NCBI GenBank assembly: GCA_009908925.1 | Contig: JAAAOH010000125.1 | Span: forward strand, 1-36,353 | DNA length: 36,353 bases | Direction of reading: 5' to 3' | Source: Spirochaetota bacterium | GTDB taxonomy: Bacteria; Spirochaetota; Spirochaetia; DSM-27196; PWMO01 | Shown: positions 1-8,604 of the stretch, in pieces | How positions within the stretch are numbered: position 1 is the first letter of the stretch | Layout: the number at the start of each line of letters is the position of its first letter | Made by a program: the position numbers and the translations under genes | The notes under the pieces: generated by a model | What the model saw: the letters and a program-made list of their open reading frames with translations, nothing else | Told to the model about the DNA's origin: nothing | Databases searched by the model: none

Positions 1-791
1 GGGAACTCGTACTCGATGTCGAAGGCGTCCTTGGCGTAGTGGGCAAGCTCGTCGGGGCCGTGCTGCTTGAAGCGCAGCTTGTCGGGGCGGATGCCGAGCT
101 TCTCGTAGTACTTGATGCGCTGATCCTTCCAGTACTCGAACCACTTCTCATCCTCCGTCGGGTGGACGAAAAACTGCATCTCCATCTGCTCGAACTCGCA
201 GGTGCGGAAAATGAAGTTCTTCGTGACGATCTCATTACGGAACGCCTTGCCCACCTGAGCGATGCCGAAGGGGATCTTCACCCGCGAGGTCTGCACCACG
301 TTCTTGTAGTTGACGTAGATGCCCTGCGCCGTCTCCGGGCGCAGGTACACCAGGGACCCCTCGTCCTCCACAGGGCCGAGGTGCGTCTGGAACATCAGGT
401 TGAAGCGCCGGGGTTCGGAGAGCGGATTCCCCTTCGGGCTCGTCATCGACTTCTGGTTCTCTTCGGGAAGGTGATCGAAGCGGAACCGTTCGTTGGTCAC
501 CGTGTCCTCGACCATGAGGTCGACGAAGCTCTCCACATGTCCGGAGGCCTCCCACACCCGCGGATGCATCATGATTGCAGCGTCGAGGCCCACGATATCG
601 TCGTGGAGCTGCGTCATCTCCCTCCACCAGAAGCCCGAGAGCCGATTCTTGAGCTCCACACCCATCGGACCGTAGTCCCAGGCGGAGCTCAGCCCGCCGT
701 AAATATCGGAGGACTGAAAAATGAATCCCCGTCGTTTCGCAAGTGATACGATTGCTTCCATTCGCTTCTGGTCTACGGTCTCGTCAGCCAT
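1..791 (-). CDS. glyQS: Glycine--tRNA ligase, alpha2 (eukaryote/archaea-like) type; 3' end runs off the window
   Basis: Absent from the ORF track because it has no stop in the window. Manual translation from ATG 791: MADETVDQKRMEAIVSLAKRRGFIFQSSDIYGGLSSAWDYGPMGVELK...FNLMFQT...YLRPETAQGI...GKAFRNEI. GAGGAAGG RBS upstream. Confidence 0.95.
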   Translation of the reverse strand, partial: MADETVDQKRMEAIVSLAKRRGFIFQSSDIYGGLSSAWDYGPMGVELKNRLSGFWWREMTQLHDDIVGLDAAIMMHPRVWEASGHVESFVDLMVEDTVTNERFRFDHLPEENQKSMTSPKGNPLSEPRRFNLMFQTHLGPVEDEGSLVYLRPETAQGIYVNYKNVVQTSRVKIPFGIAQVGKAFRNEIVTKNFIFRTCEFEQMEMQFFVHPTEDEKWFEYWKDQRIKYYEKLGIRPDKLRFKQHGPDELAHYAKDAFDIEYEF

Positions 792-839
792 GTCTATCCT
801 TCCTCACTCAGTTTCTGTTTCTGTATTCCGTCATCTTCG

Positions 840-2306
840 CTATTCGGTGGTCGCCATGTGCTCGCGCAGCAGCTCTTTCGCCCGGGCCACCCTCTGTTTC
901 GCGGTCTCCGCGCCCACCAGCCGGATGGAACCAAACAGCGGCGGCGACACCCGGGACCCCGTCAGCGCAACCCGCAGCGGCATGAGGAGGTTGCCGATCT
1001 TGGTGTCGATCTCCTCCGCCCGCACCCGAAAGCGCTCCTCGTTTTGCTCATCATCGCGCGAGTCGAAACCCTCGAGCAGCTTCTCGGCCTCCTCGAGCAA
1101 CGCAAGCGTCTGGCCGGCGTCGTGCTTCTTGGGGATGGCCTGGGTGATGTCGTAGTCGTGTACATCCCGATAGAGGAACCGAAGGAGATCCGGCGCATCG
1201 CCGAGGGTCTTCATCCGTTCCTTTATGAGCGGCATCGCGCCGCGCAGGATTTCGAGCTCCCCGTCACCAGGCGGGTCGGAGACCAGGCCGTCGGCCGTGA
1301 GGTACGGCAGCACCAGCTCCTCGAGCTCATCGTCACTCTTTTCCCGTATGTAGACGCCGTTGAACCACTCGAGCTTCTTGTAGTCGAAGACCGCCGGCGC
1401 CTTGTTGATTTTCTCCAGGGAAAACAGTGCCTCCAGGTCCGCTGTGGAAAAGAATTCCCGCGAATCGTCGTAGGCCCAGCCAAGAAGTGTAACGTAGTTG
1501 ATGATGGCCTCGGGGAGGTAGCCCTGCCGCCGAAACTCCACCGCGCTCGTCGCACCGTGGCGCTTGGAGAGCTTCTGCCCGTCCTTGCCCATCACCATCG
1601 GGAGGTGGCAGTACATCGGCGGCTCCCATCCGAAGGCCTTGTAGAGCAGCACATGAAGTGCTCCGGAGGGAACCCACTCCTGCGCGCGCAGGATGTGTGT
1701 GATCTGCATGTAATGGTCGTCGACGACGTTTGCCAGGTGGTAGGTCGGAAGGCCGTCCGACTTCAACAGCACCGGGTCGGCCGGGATGTCTTTGTTCTTG
1801 CGCTTCACCCTGCCGAGCACCACGTCCTCGAAGCTCGTATCGCCCTCCAGCGGCACCTTGAAGCGAATAACCGGCTTCCTGCCCTCCGCCTCGTAGGCCG
1901 CCCGCTGCTCCTCGGTAAGCTCCCTGCTTCGCCGGTCATAGCCCCCGGACGCCTCGCGCATCGCTTCCAGCTCTTCCGGGGTCTCGTACGCCTTGTAGGC
2001 CAGCCCCTTCTCGATGAGCTCCGCGGCATGCTTTCTGTAGAGGCCCTCGCGCTCGGACTGCACGTAGGGCTCGAAATCGCCACCGACGTCGGGCCCCTCA
2101 TCCCAGTGGATGCCGAGCCAGTCGAACGTTTCATAGATGTCGCGCAGCGCGCGCTCGTCGTAGCGCTCCTGGTCGGTATCCTCGATGCGCAGTATGAAAC
2201 GGCCACCCGCAGAACGCGCGAAAAAGTAGTTAAACAGGGCCGTACGGACCCCACCGATATGTTGAAGCCCCGTGGGCGACGGGGCATATCGAACGCGTAC
2301 GCTCAT
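840..2306 (-). CDS. gltX: Glutamate--tRNA ligase
   Basis: RYAPSPTG, HIGG (HIGH), LRIEDTD, PTYHLANVVDD and KLSKR (KMSKS) motifs. Confidence 0.97.
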   Translation of the reverse strand: MSVRVRYAPSPTGLQHIGGVRTALFNYFFARSAGGRFILRIEDTDQERYDERALRDIYETFDWLGIHWDEGPDVGGDFEPYVQSEREGLYRKHAAELIEKGLAYKAYETPEELEAMREASGGYDRRSRELTEEQRAAYEAEGRKPVIRFKVPLEGDTSFEDVVLGRVKRKNKDIPADPVLLKSDGLPTYHLANVVDDHYMQITHILRAQEWVPSGALHVLLYKAFGWEPPMYCHLPMVMGKDGQKLSKRHGATSAVEFRRQGYLPEAIINYVTLLGWAYDDSREFFSTADLEALFSLEKINKAPAVFDYKKLEWFNGVYIREKSDDELEELVLPYLTADGLVSDPPGDGELEILRGAMPLIKERMKTLGDAPDLLRFLYRDVHDYDITQAIPKKHDAGQTLALLEEAEKLLEGFDSRDDEQNEERFRVRAEEIDTKIGNLLMPLRVALTGSRVSPPLFGSIRLVGAETAKQRVARAKELLREHMATTE

Positions 2307-2350
2307 AATTACCTCTGACTGAAGACTGTGAACCGACCCGCTACGCGGGA

Positions 2351-2379
2351 ATTATATTTGCGCCCACCCCGCCGGTCAA
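2351..2379 (-). promoter_or_regulatory. Sigma70-type promoter of gltX-glyQS
   Basis: TTGACC-17 nt-TATAAT on the minus strand, about 45 nt upstream of the gltX ATG. Confidence 0.8.
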
Positions 2380-2721
2380 CCGAGGGGTCGGGCGCGCCCC
2401 CACCTGCGGTAGTCCCCGCCCCGGCACGCCCCTGCATTCGCACCGCGGCCCCCTGCCTCGGGACATGCCCGTCGTGCCTCCCCGAGCAAGCTCGAAGGTC
2501 GGCAGCCGGCCATGCCCCGGGCGCGGGGCCGCCGTGATCGAGGGCGTGGCGTGCCAGTGCGCCTCACCCGGCTTCGTGCATGTGACTTCCATTCCGTAGG
2601 GTGGGTGGGGTCGGGCTCTCCGCTGCAATGCCGCCGCGCGTGAGCACGCCGGCATTTCCGCTTCGATCCCTCGCGTCCTCGCGGGCCGGGCGGCGCCGGC
2701 GGCCCGGGGTTCGCACTGTCG

Positions 2722-3081
2722 CTATAACCGCTCCACCAGCTGAACGCGCACCCCGTCGGGGTCTTTCACGAATGCGAAGCGCACGTGCGGGGCCGGCGAG
2801 ATCGGACCGTCGACGGCGACGCCCTTGCGCTTCATATCCGCCATCGCTTCGTCGAGCGAGGCGACTTCGAGGCCGATGAACACGCCCTCGGCGCCGTTTG
2901 TAATGTGCGCCTCGCCGTCGTAGAGCAGCTCGATCTTGGGCTTCTCGTCCTCGCCGAGCATGACGACCTGCGTGCCCTCACCTTCGTGGCGGGTGCTGAT
3001 CGAAAGCTCGAGAACTTCGGTGTAAAAGGCAAGCGACCGCTCGAGGTCGCGCACCTGTAGGGTTATCCAGCAGAGTTCCAT
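2722..3081 (-). CDS. VOC/glyoxalase-family protein (lactoylglutathione lyase-like)
   Basis: LQVRDLERSLAFYTEVL N-terminus and FAFVKDPDGVRVQLVE C-terminus are typical VOC motifs; 119 aa. Confidence 0.88.
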   Translation of the reverse strand: MELCWITLQVRDLERSLAFYTEVLELSISTRHEGEGTQVVMLGEDEKPKIELLYDGEAHITNGAEGVFIGLEVASLDEAMADMKRKGVAVDGPISPAPHVRFAFVKDPDGVRVQLVERL

Positions 3082-3172
3082 GGCTGCAGTTTATCACGCT
3101 TTCATATGCGGGGCCGATAGCGAGCGGTTCGCCTCCCTTTCCTGGGTGCCGTCCTCTCAGTACCTTTCCCCG

Positions 3173-4756
3173 ATGCGCACCGTGTGGTGGATAAAGCGCG
3201 ATTTTCGACTAGCGGACAATGCCGCGTTGACGGAGGCCTGCCGGCGAGTCCGGCGCGATGGCGGCGAAGTGCTGCCTGTCTACGCGTTCGAGCCGTCGCT
3301 GCTCCAGGCTCCGGAAACAGGGGCCCTCCATGTCCACGTCATCCTCACAGCGCTCCAGGCGCTGCGGGAAGCTCTGCGCGGTCGGGGCGCCGAGCTCCTG
3401 GTGTTGCACGGAGAGGTGCCGGCGGTCTTCGAGAAACTTCTCAAGAATCAAGCCGGCGACGACAAGGCGATCGCAGCAATTCTCGCGGAGGAAGAAACGG
3501 GAACACGAGTGACTTTCCAGCGGGATACGCAGATGCGCCGGTGGGCCGAAGGGCGCGGGATTCCGTTTCGGGAGTTTCCGCACAACGGTGTCATCCGTGG
3601 CCTCACCGATCGGGACCAGCGTATGCCGCTTTGGCGCGCTCGGATGAAGGCACCCGCGGAGCCCGCACCGACGACAATCCCCATGTCGGCGCAGACGCGC
3701 AGGTGGTGCGCCGCCACCGCCATACCCGAAGCGTCCGATCTCGGCTTCCCGCAACCCGAAGGTGCGGTACAACGCGTCGATGAGCAGGCCTCCCGGATCG
3801 TTCTCGATAGCTTTCTCTCGATTCGCGGAAGGGAATACTCGAAGGGCATCAGCTCGCCCGAACCGGCGCGTTACAGCGGCAGCCGGCTGTCACCCCACCT
3901 CGCCTGGGGCACGATTACTCTGCGGCAGGTGTTACACCGACTGGAGGAGCGGGTGGCGCAGATCAGAAGGGTTCGCGAAGAGAGTTCGGAACGTGCTGCA
4001 GCGCTGCGCGGTTGGCTTGGCCCGCTGAATGCCTTTCGGTCGCGGCTCTACTGGCACGATCACTTCTGCCAGCGACTGGAGACTGAACCAGACATCGAGT
4101 TCCGGCCCCTGAACCGGGTCTACGAGGACCTTCCCTACGACGCCGGTACCGACCTCGAGGAGTGCCTGTGGGCGGGCCGCACCGGCTTCCCCATGGTCGA
4201 CGCCACGGTCCGGTCACTGAGCACAACGGGATTCTGCAACTTCCGCATGCGGGCAATGCTCGTATCCTTCGCCACGTACGCCCTGCATATCGACTGGCGA
4301 CGCCTGCGCGATCCCATGGCGCGCATCATGGCCGACTATCTTCCCGGGATTCACCTTTCGCAGTTACAGATGCAGGCGAGCGTGGTCGGGATCAACACAG
4401 TTCGCGTGTACAATCCCACCAAACAGCTGCTGGATAACGATCCCTCATGCCGCTTTGTCCGCCGTTTCGTTCCCGAGCTTCGTGACGTTCCACCGGAGGC
4501 GATCATCGCTCATGCGGTGCAGGGAGTCGACAGTCCGTCGCATGGCCTGCAGGGACGAGCCACCGACGCCGCCGAGGCCTGGACGGACGATAGCGGTGGC
4601 CTGGGCGACTACCCGCCACCGGTGGTCGACTTTCGCAGTGCAGTCAAGACAATGCGCGGGGAAATCTACCGGCGCAAGAGGTCCGCTGCAGGGAAACAGG
4701 AAGCTGAGCGCGTTTTGAACAAGCACGGTAGTCGCCGTCGCCGCGGGCGGAGCTGA
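3173..4756 (+). CDS. Cryptochrome/DNA photolyase family protein
   Basis: WWIKRDFRLADNAAL (photolyase N-terminus), SRLSPHLAWG, GRTGFPMVDA, NFRMRAMLVSF, RVYNP, FVRRFVPEL. Start moved from 3080 to ATG 3173 (MRTVWW), which removes the overlap with the divergent VOC gene. Confidence 0.9.
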   Translation: MRTVWWIKRDFRLADNAALTEACRRVRRDGGEVLPVYAFEPSLLQAPETGALHVHVILTALQALREALRGRGAELLVLHGEVPAVFEKLLKNQAGDDKAIAAILAEEETGTRVTFQRDTQMRRWAEGRGIPFREFPHNGVIRGLTDRDQRMPLWRARMKAPAEPAPTTIPMSAQTRRWCAATAIPEASDLGFPQPEGAVQRVDEQASRIVLDSFLSIRGREYSKGISSPEPARYSGSRLSPHLAWGTITLRQVLHRLEERVAQIRRVREESSERAAALRGWLGPLNAFRSRLYWHDHFCQRLETEPDIEFRPLNRVYEDLPYDAGTDLEECLWAGRTGFPMVDATVRSLSTTGFCNFRMRAMLVSFATYALHIDWRRLRDPMARIMADYLPGIHLSQLQMQASVVGINTVRVYNPTKQLLDNDPSCRFVRRFVPELRDVPPEAIIAHAVQGVDSPSHGLQGRATDAAEAWTDDSGGLGDYPPPVVDFRSAVKTMRGEIYRRKRSAAGKQEAERVLNKHGSRRRRGRS

Positions 4757-4791
4757 CACCCGCACCCGATCACCTCAGGATCACCGCCGGC

Positions 4792-5610
4792 TCACGCCGC
4801 CCGGGTCCCGTCCGAAAACACCCATGTACTCGCGTCGCGCACGAGCTTGGAGAGAACGATAACCTGGAGGTTCCCGCGATTCTTCTCCACTTCTTTGTTC
4901 CATTGTTCGGGCGTGTATTTGGACTGAAACCGCTTCTTGCGCTCCACAACGATGTTGTTAACCTGGTTATCGCTGACGGTGAATGCGTCGAGAAGATAGA
5001 GAGTCAGGAGAGCGAGAACGTCGTTTTTCGTGCGCCGCTGGAGATCGACGAGCACCTCCTTGGCGTTCTCCGACTCCTGGTTGAGCATCAGCGCGAATGC
5101 GTAGGACCAGTCGATCCACTCGCGGTCGGCACACTTCGGATGGTTGCGCATCTCGCCGTAGTAGCTCTTCATGTCCCCGGCATCATTGCGCAGAAGATGC
5201 GGGATGCCGAGGTGCAGCGCGAAGCGGGGAACCAGAGGCGGGCGGTTCTCCCGCAGGAACTGCTCGAGTTGTGTTATCTTTTCGGGCTGAGAGGTGATGA
5301 CATAGGTGTTGATGAGAACACGAAGATGCTGCTTACCGAGACGCTTCTTCGTGAATACACGGTCCTCGATATAGTCGATGAGACCATACCAGTCCTCGCG
5401 CTCGAGCAGCGTGAACAGCTTCCAGTTCCAGAGGAAGTAACCGTTGAGCCCGGCAAGCACTGCTACGAAGACAACGGCAACCGTCCAATTCTCGGCCCAG
5501 AACATCCGGGTGTAGTCCCAGCCAAGCATGAAGAAGGGAATCAGGAAGATAAACAGAAACGAGACGACGATAATCGCGTTGAAGACGAGAAATATGACCT
5601 TAAACTTCAT
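4792..5610 (-). CDS. Hypothetical membrane protein: two N-terminal TM helices plus a helical/TPR-like soluble domain
   Basis: 272 aa with a hydrophobic N-terminus and normal codon usage. Has its own promoter. Lies between gltX and the HD-GYP gene. Confidence 0.75.
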   Translation of the reverse strand: MKFKVIFLVFNAIIVVSFLFIFLIPFFMLGWDYTRMFWAENWTVAVVFVAVLAGLNGYFLWNWKLFTLLEREDWYGLIDYIEDRVFTKKRLGKQHLRVLINTYVITSQPEKITQLEQFLRENRPPLVPRFALHLGIPHLLRNDAGDMKSYYGEMRNHPKCADREWIDWSYAFALMLNQESENAKEVLVDLQRRTKNDVLALLTLYLLDAFTVSDNQVNNIVVERKKRFQSKYTPEQWNKEVEKNRGNLQVIVLSKLVRDASTWVFSDGTRAA

Positions 5611-5669
5611 CTCGTTTTACCCTATAATGCATCGTGGCAAAGTCTAAATGATCGCCACGACGTGGTCAA
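5600..5669. promoter_or_regulatory. Overlapping divergent promoters of the membrane protein gene (-) and the HD-GYP gene (+)
   Basis: Minus strand: TTGACC(5669-5664)-17-TAGACT(5646-5641). Plus strand: TTAAAC(5600-5605)-17-TATAAT(5623-5628). Confidence 0.6.
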
Positions 5670-5681
5670 CGGACGGTAATA

Positions 5682-6839
5682 ATGGAGCACGTGCTTGTTC
5701 ACAGCGTAGCACCCGGCAAGTATTTCGATAAGGAAGTCTACCTCGACGACCGCTACATCCTCCTCTCCCCCGACACGCCGTTCACGGAGCGGCTCCGAGA
5801 CCGCATGCTGCAATGGGGCTTTGAGTACCTGCTGACCGACGGCCAGCAGGTGGATACCCCGGGCGCCGGACCGGGCGCCGAGGCTGCGGAAAACGCACCG
5901 CTCGTGGCCGTTGAAGAAGGCGTCCGCGAGGGTGAGATCCTCAGAGAGGTCCAGAGCGCCTATACCAGCGCGCTGAACTTCACCGAGAAGCTCTTCACGA
6001 ATTTCGTGACGAAGAGTGAACTGCCCCAGGCTGCCGTTACCGACAAAATCAAGGAGCTCAACGATCTCGTTCGCGGACACCGGCAGCAGGCGCTGCGCCT
6101 TTCCCACCTGCGAAACGAGGACAAGAACTACGTGGTCGAGCACTCGGTGAAGACGACCATGCTCTCGCTCGCAATCGGCAACACGGTAAAGCTCCCGCAT
6201 CACAAGCTCATCGAGCTCGGGACGGCATCTCTTCTGCACGAAGTCGGCATGATACGACTGCCGCCGCAGCTCTACATGACTGACCGTCAGTTGAGCGATC
6301 AGGAACGCAAATCCATCACCGCTCACACTCTGCTGGGATTCAAGATCCTCAAGCAGTACTCATATCCGCTCAGCGTCTGCCTTGCGGTGCTCGAGTGCCG
6401 GGAGTATCTCAATGGTGCCGGTTATCCGCGCGGACTCACCGGCGAAAAGATTTCCTTCTACGCGAAGGTCATCTCGGTCACAAGCTCCTTCGCAGCGCTG
6501 ACCTCCGATCGTCCGTACCGTGAGGCCCGCGATGGTCACGCATCGATGCTCGAGCTCCTTAAAGGGCGGGACACCCTCTACGACGCGACGGTCTTGAAGG
6601 CACTTGTCGCGAATCTTTCCATCTATCCGCTGGGGACTTTCGTTGAGCTGTCAAACGGCTATCGCGGGATGGTCGTCGATACGAGCTCGGACAGTCCGCG
6701 TGCTCCCGTCGTCCGTCTTATGCGCTCACCCGACGGCGAGCGCTACGTGGATCAGCCTCATGTGAGAACCATCGAAGAGGACTACCGCATTGCCCGCTCG
6801 CTGAGCACCGACGAAGCCCAGGAAATCAAACAGGCATAG
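5682..6839 (+). CDS. HD-GYP domain protein (PdeB-like c-di-GMP phosphodiesterase family) with a variant active site
   Basis: EHSV, LLHEVG (in place of HDIG), AHTLLG, LNGAGYPRGL, DRPYR, and a C-terminal YPLGTFVELSNG typical of HD-GYP proteins. Confidence 0.88.
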   Translation: MEHVLVHSVAPGKYFDKEVYLDDRYILLSPDTPFTERLRDRMLQWGFEYLLTDGQQVDTPGAGPGAEAAENAPLVAVEEGVREGEILREVQSAYTSALNFTEKLFTNFVTKSELPQAAVTDKIKELNDLVRGHRQQALRLSHLRNEDKNYVVEHSVKTTMLSLAIGNTVKLPHHKLIELGTASLLHEVGMIRLPPQLYMTDRQLSDQERKSITAHTLLGFKILKQYSYPLSVCLAVLECREYLNGAGYPRGLTGEKISFYAKVISVTSSFAALTSDRPYREARDGHASMLELLKGRDTLYDATVLKALVANLSIYPLGTFVELSNGYRGMVVDTSSDSPRAPVVRLMRSPDGERYVDQPHVRTIEEDYRIARSLSTDEAQEIKQA

Positions 6840-6845
6840 CAAATC

Positions 6846-8513
6846 ATGCACTCTGTATATGTATCTCTACCAGACGGAACCACACGGGAATTTCCAAACG
6901 GCACGCGTGTAGCTCACATTCTCAGCGAGACCGACTACACGGTCGACGGGGAAGCGATAATTGCCGTGCTGGCAAACAATGAGCTGACCAGCCTCTACTA
7001 TCGCCTGGATGTGAATACGACACTCGAGGCGGTTACCATGAGCACCACGGAGGGCCAGCGGATCTACCGCCGCAGCCTGTGCTTTCTCCTTGCGATGGCC
7101 GCCCAGGACGTATGTCCGGACCGGCATCTCGTCATCGGTCATTCGCTGGGGAACGGCTACTACTATCGCTTCGAAGACGAAGACCGGGTCGGCGACGCCG
7201 AGGTTGCACGACTCGAGAAGCGGATGCGGGAGCTCGTTGAAGAGGACATTCCGATCGTCCGGCGTCTCGTCTCCTACACCGATGCCCTCGAATACTTCGA
7301 GCAGAACGGCATGCATGATACGGCGATGCTGCTCAAGCATCGAAACGATGCGAAGATTCCCGTCTACACCTGCGGCGGCATGATGGACATCTCGCACGGC
7401 CCCCTCGTACCGCAGACGGGCACGCTTGTGCACTTCGAGCTTCGCACGTACGAACCCGGCTTCATTCTGCGCTTCCCCCGCGACAGCGACCCATACAACA
7501 TGGGCCCCTTCGAGGCGAGCCCTATCCTGTTTTCGGTGTATCAGGAGTACAAGCAGTGGGGAAAGATCCTCAACGTGAGCTCAGTCGGGAAGCTCAATGA
7601 CCTTACCGTCACGGGAGGCATCCGGGATTTCATCCGGGTCGCCGAGGCCCTGCAGAACAAGAAGATCGCAGAGATAGCCGACCGCATTCACGAGCGCCGC
7701 GATGAGGCACGAATCGTGCTCATTGCCGGTCCTTCATCCTCGGGGAAGACCACATTCGCCAAGAAACTCTCCATACAGCTCACGGTACTCGGCTTCAAGC
7801 CTGTCGCCATCGGACTTGACGACTACTTCGTGCCGCGGGAACAGACGCCGCGCGACGAAGACGGGAACTATGACTTCGAACACATAGACGCCATCGACAT
7901 CCCGCTTCTCAACGAGCACCTCGAGGAGCTACTCGCCGGGCGCGAGGTCGAGCTTCCGCACTTCGACTTCAAGACCGGCGAGCGCTCCGTGTCCGGCGGG
8001 CATCGCATCCGGCTTCCCGAACGCGGTATTCTCATCATGGAGGGCATCCACGGGCTGAACGATCACCTTACCCCGCGCATAGATGCCTCGCAGAAATTCA
8101 AAGCCTACGTATCGGCGCTGACCCAGCTCAACCTCGACGATCACAACCGGATCTCCACCACCGATAATCGTCTCATCCGACGCCTCGTGCGCGATCACCA
8201 ATTCCGTGGGCATGACGCCCTCGAGACACTGCATATGTGGCCGTCGGTCCGTCGCGGTGAGAATCGCAATATCTTTCCGTTCCAGGACTCAGCAGACGTC
8301 GCGTTCAACTCGGCCCTCGACTACGAGCTCGGCGTGCTGCGGAATCACGCGCTACCGCTGCTCGACGAGGTGAAGCCCTACCACGACGTCTACCATGAGG
8401 CGATTCGACTTCTCTCGTTTCTCGAGAACTTCACCCCGATCCCGGAGAAACACGTGCCGGATGATTCAATTCTGCGGGAGTTCGTCGGGGAGAGCGGTTT
8501 TAGCTACAAGTAG
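6846..8513 (+). CDS. Nucleoside (uridine) kinase family protein with an N-terminal ThrRS-like TGS/SAD region
   Basis: N-terminal LPDGTTREF (TGS), YRRSLCFLL and IGHSLGNGYYY (ThrRS N2-like). C-terminal kinase with P-loop IAGPSSSGKT, EGIHGLN and RRLVRD. Confidence 0.88.
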   Translation: MHSVYVSLPDGTTREFPNGTRVAHILSETDYTVDGEAIIAVLANNELTSLYYRLDVNTTLEAVTMSTTEGQRIYRRSLCFLLAMAAQDVCPDRHLVIGHSLGNGYYYRFEDEDRVGDAEVARLEKRMRELVEEDIPIVRRLVSYTDALEYFEQNGMHDTAMLLKHRNDAKIPVYTCGGMMDISHGPLVPQTGTLVHFELRTYEPGFILRFPRDSDPYNMGPFEASPILFSVYQEYKQWGKILNVSSVGKLNDLTVTGGIRDFIRVAEALQNKKIAEIADRIHERRDEARIVLIAGPSSSGKTTFAKKLSIQLTVLGFKPVAIGLDDYFVPREQTPRDEDGNYDFEHIDAIDIPLLNEHLEELLAGREVELPHFDFKTGERSVSGGHRIRLPERGILIMEGIHGLNDHLTPRIDASQKFKAYVSALTQLNLDDHNRISTTDNRLIRRLVRDHQFRGHDALETLHMWPSVRRGENRNIFPFQDSADVAFNSALDYELGVLRNHALPLLDEVKPYHDVYHEAIRLLSFLENFTPIPEKHVPDDSILREFVGESGFSYK

Positions 8514-8567
8514 GACTGCGACCGGCCGCCGCCCGCCGTCGCTGTCCGCCGTCGCCGCCCGCCGGTC

Positions 8568-8604
8568 ATCACCCGCGGTCACGGCCCCCCGAACCGCGGG
8601 TGAT
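8568..8604. terminator. Hairpin at the convergent kinase/aat junction (possible terminator)
   Basis: Perfect 12-bp inverted repeat ATCACCCGCGGT / ACCGCGGGTGAT with a 13-nt loop; no U-tract. Confidence 0.35.

Noticed and set aside
39-2318. Long + strand ORFs 39..746 and 858..2318, and similar ones at 8600..10030, 10088..11758, 13113..14636, 17164..18546, 21447..22673 and 23391..24140
   Set aside because: They are antisense shadows of well-identified genes, expected from GC-rich codon bias, and carry no recognisable motifs.
2307-2720. Possible T-box riboswitch upstream of gltX-glyQS
   Set aside because: No T-box consensus (AAnnnGGGTGGnACC) or terminator, and a near-consensus promoter lies only ~45 nt from the ATG.
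2328-2879. Short Pro/Arg/Ala-rich ORFs in the gltX-VOC gap
   Set aside because: Composition is typical of non-coding GC-rich frames, there is no RBS, and some overlap the gltX promoter.
5630-5681. Possible c-di-GMP riboswitch before the HD-GYP gene (GGCAAA motif)
   Set aside because: The leader is too short and lacks the GNRA tetraloop/receptor and second stem. The sequence is explained by overlapping promoters.
8514-8567. Short CCGCCGTCGC direct repeats
   Set aside because: Two GC-rich copies with no spacers and no cas genes; not CRISPR and not demonstrably a repeat family.
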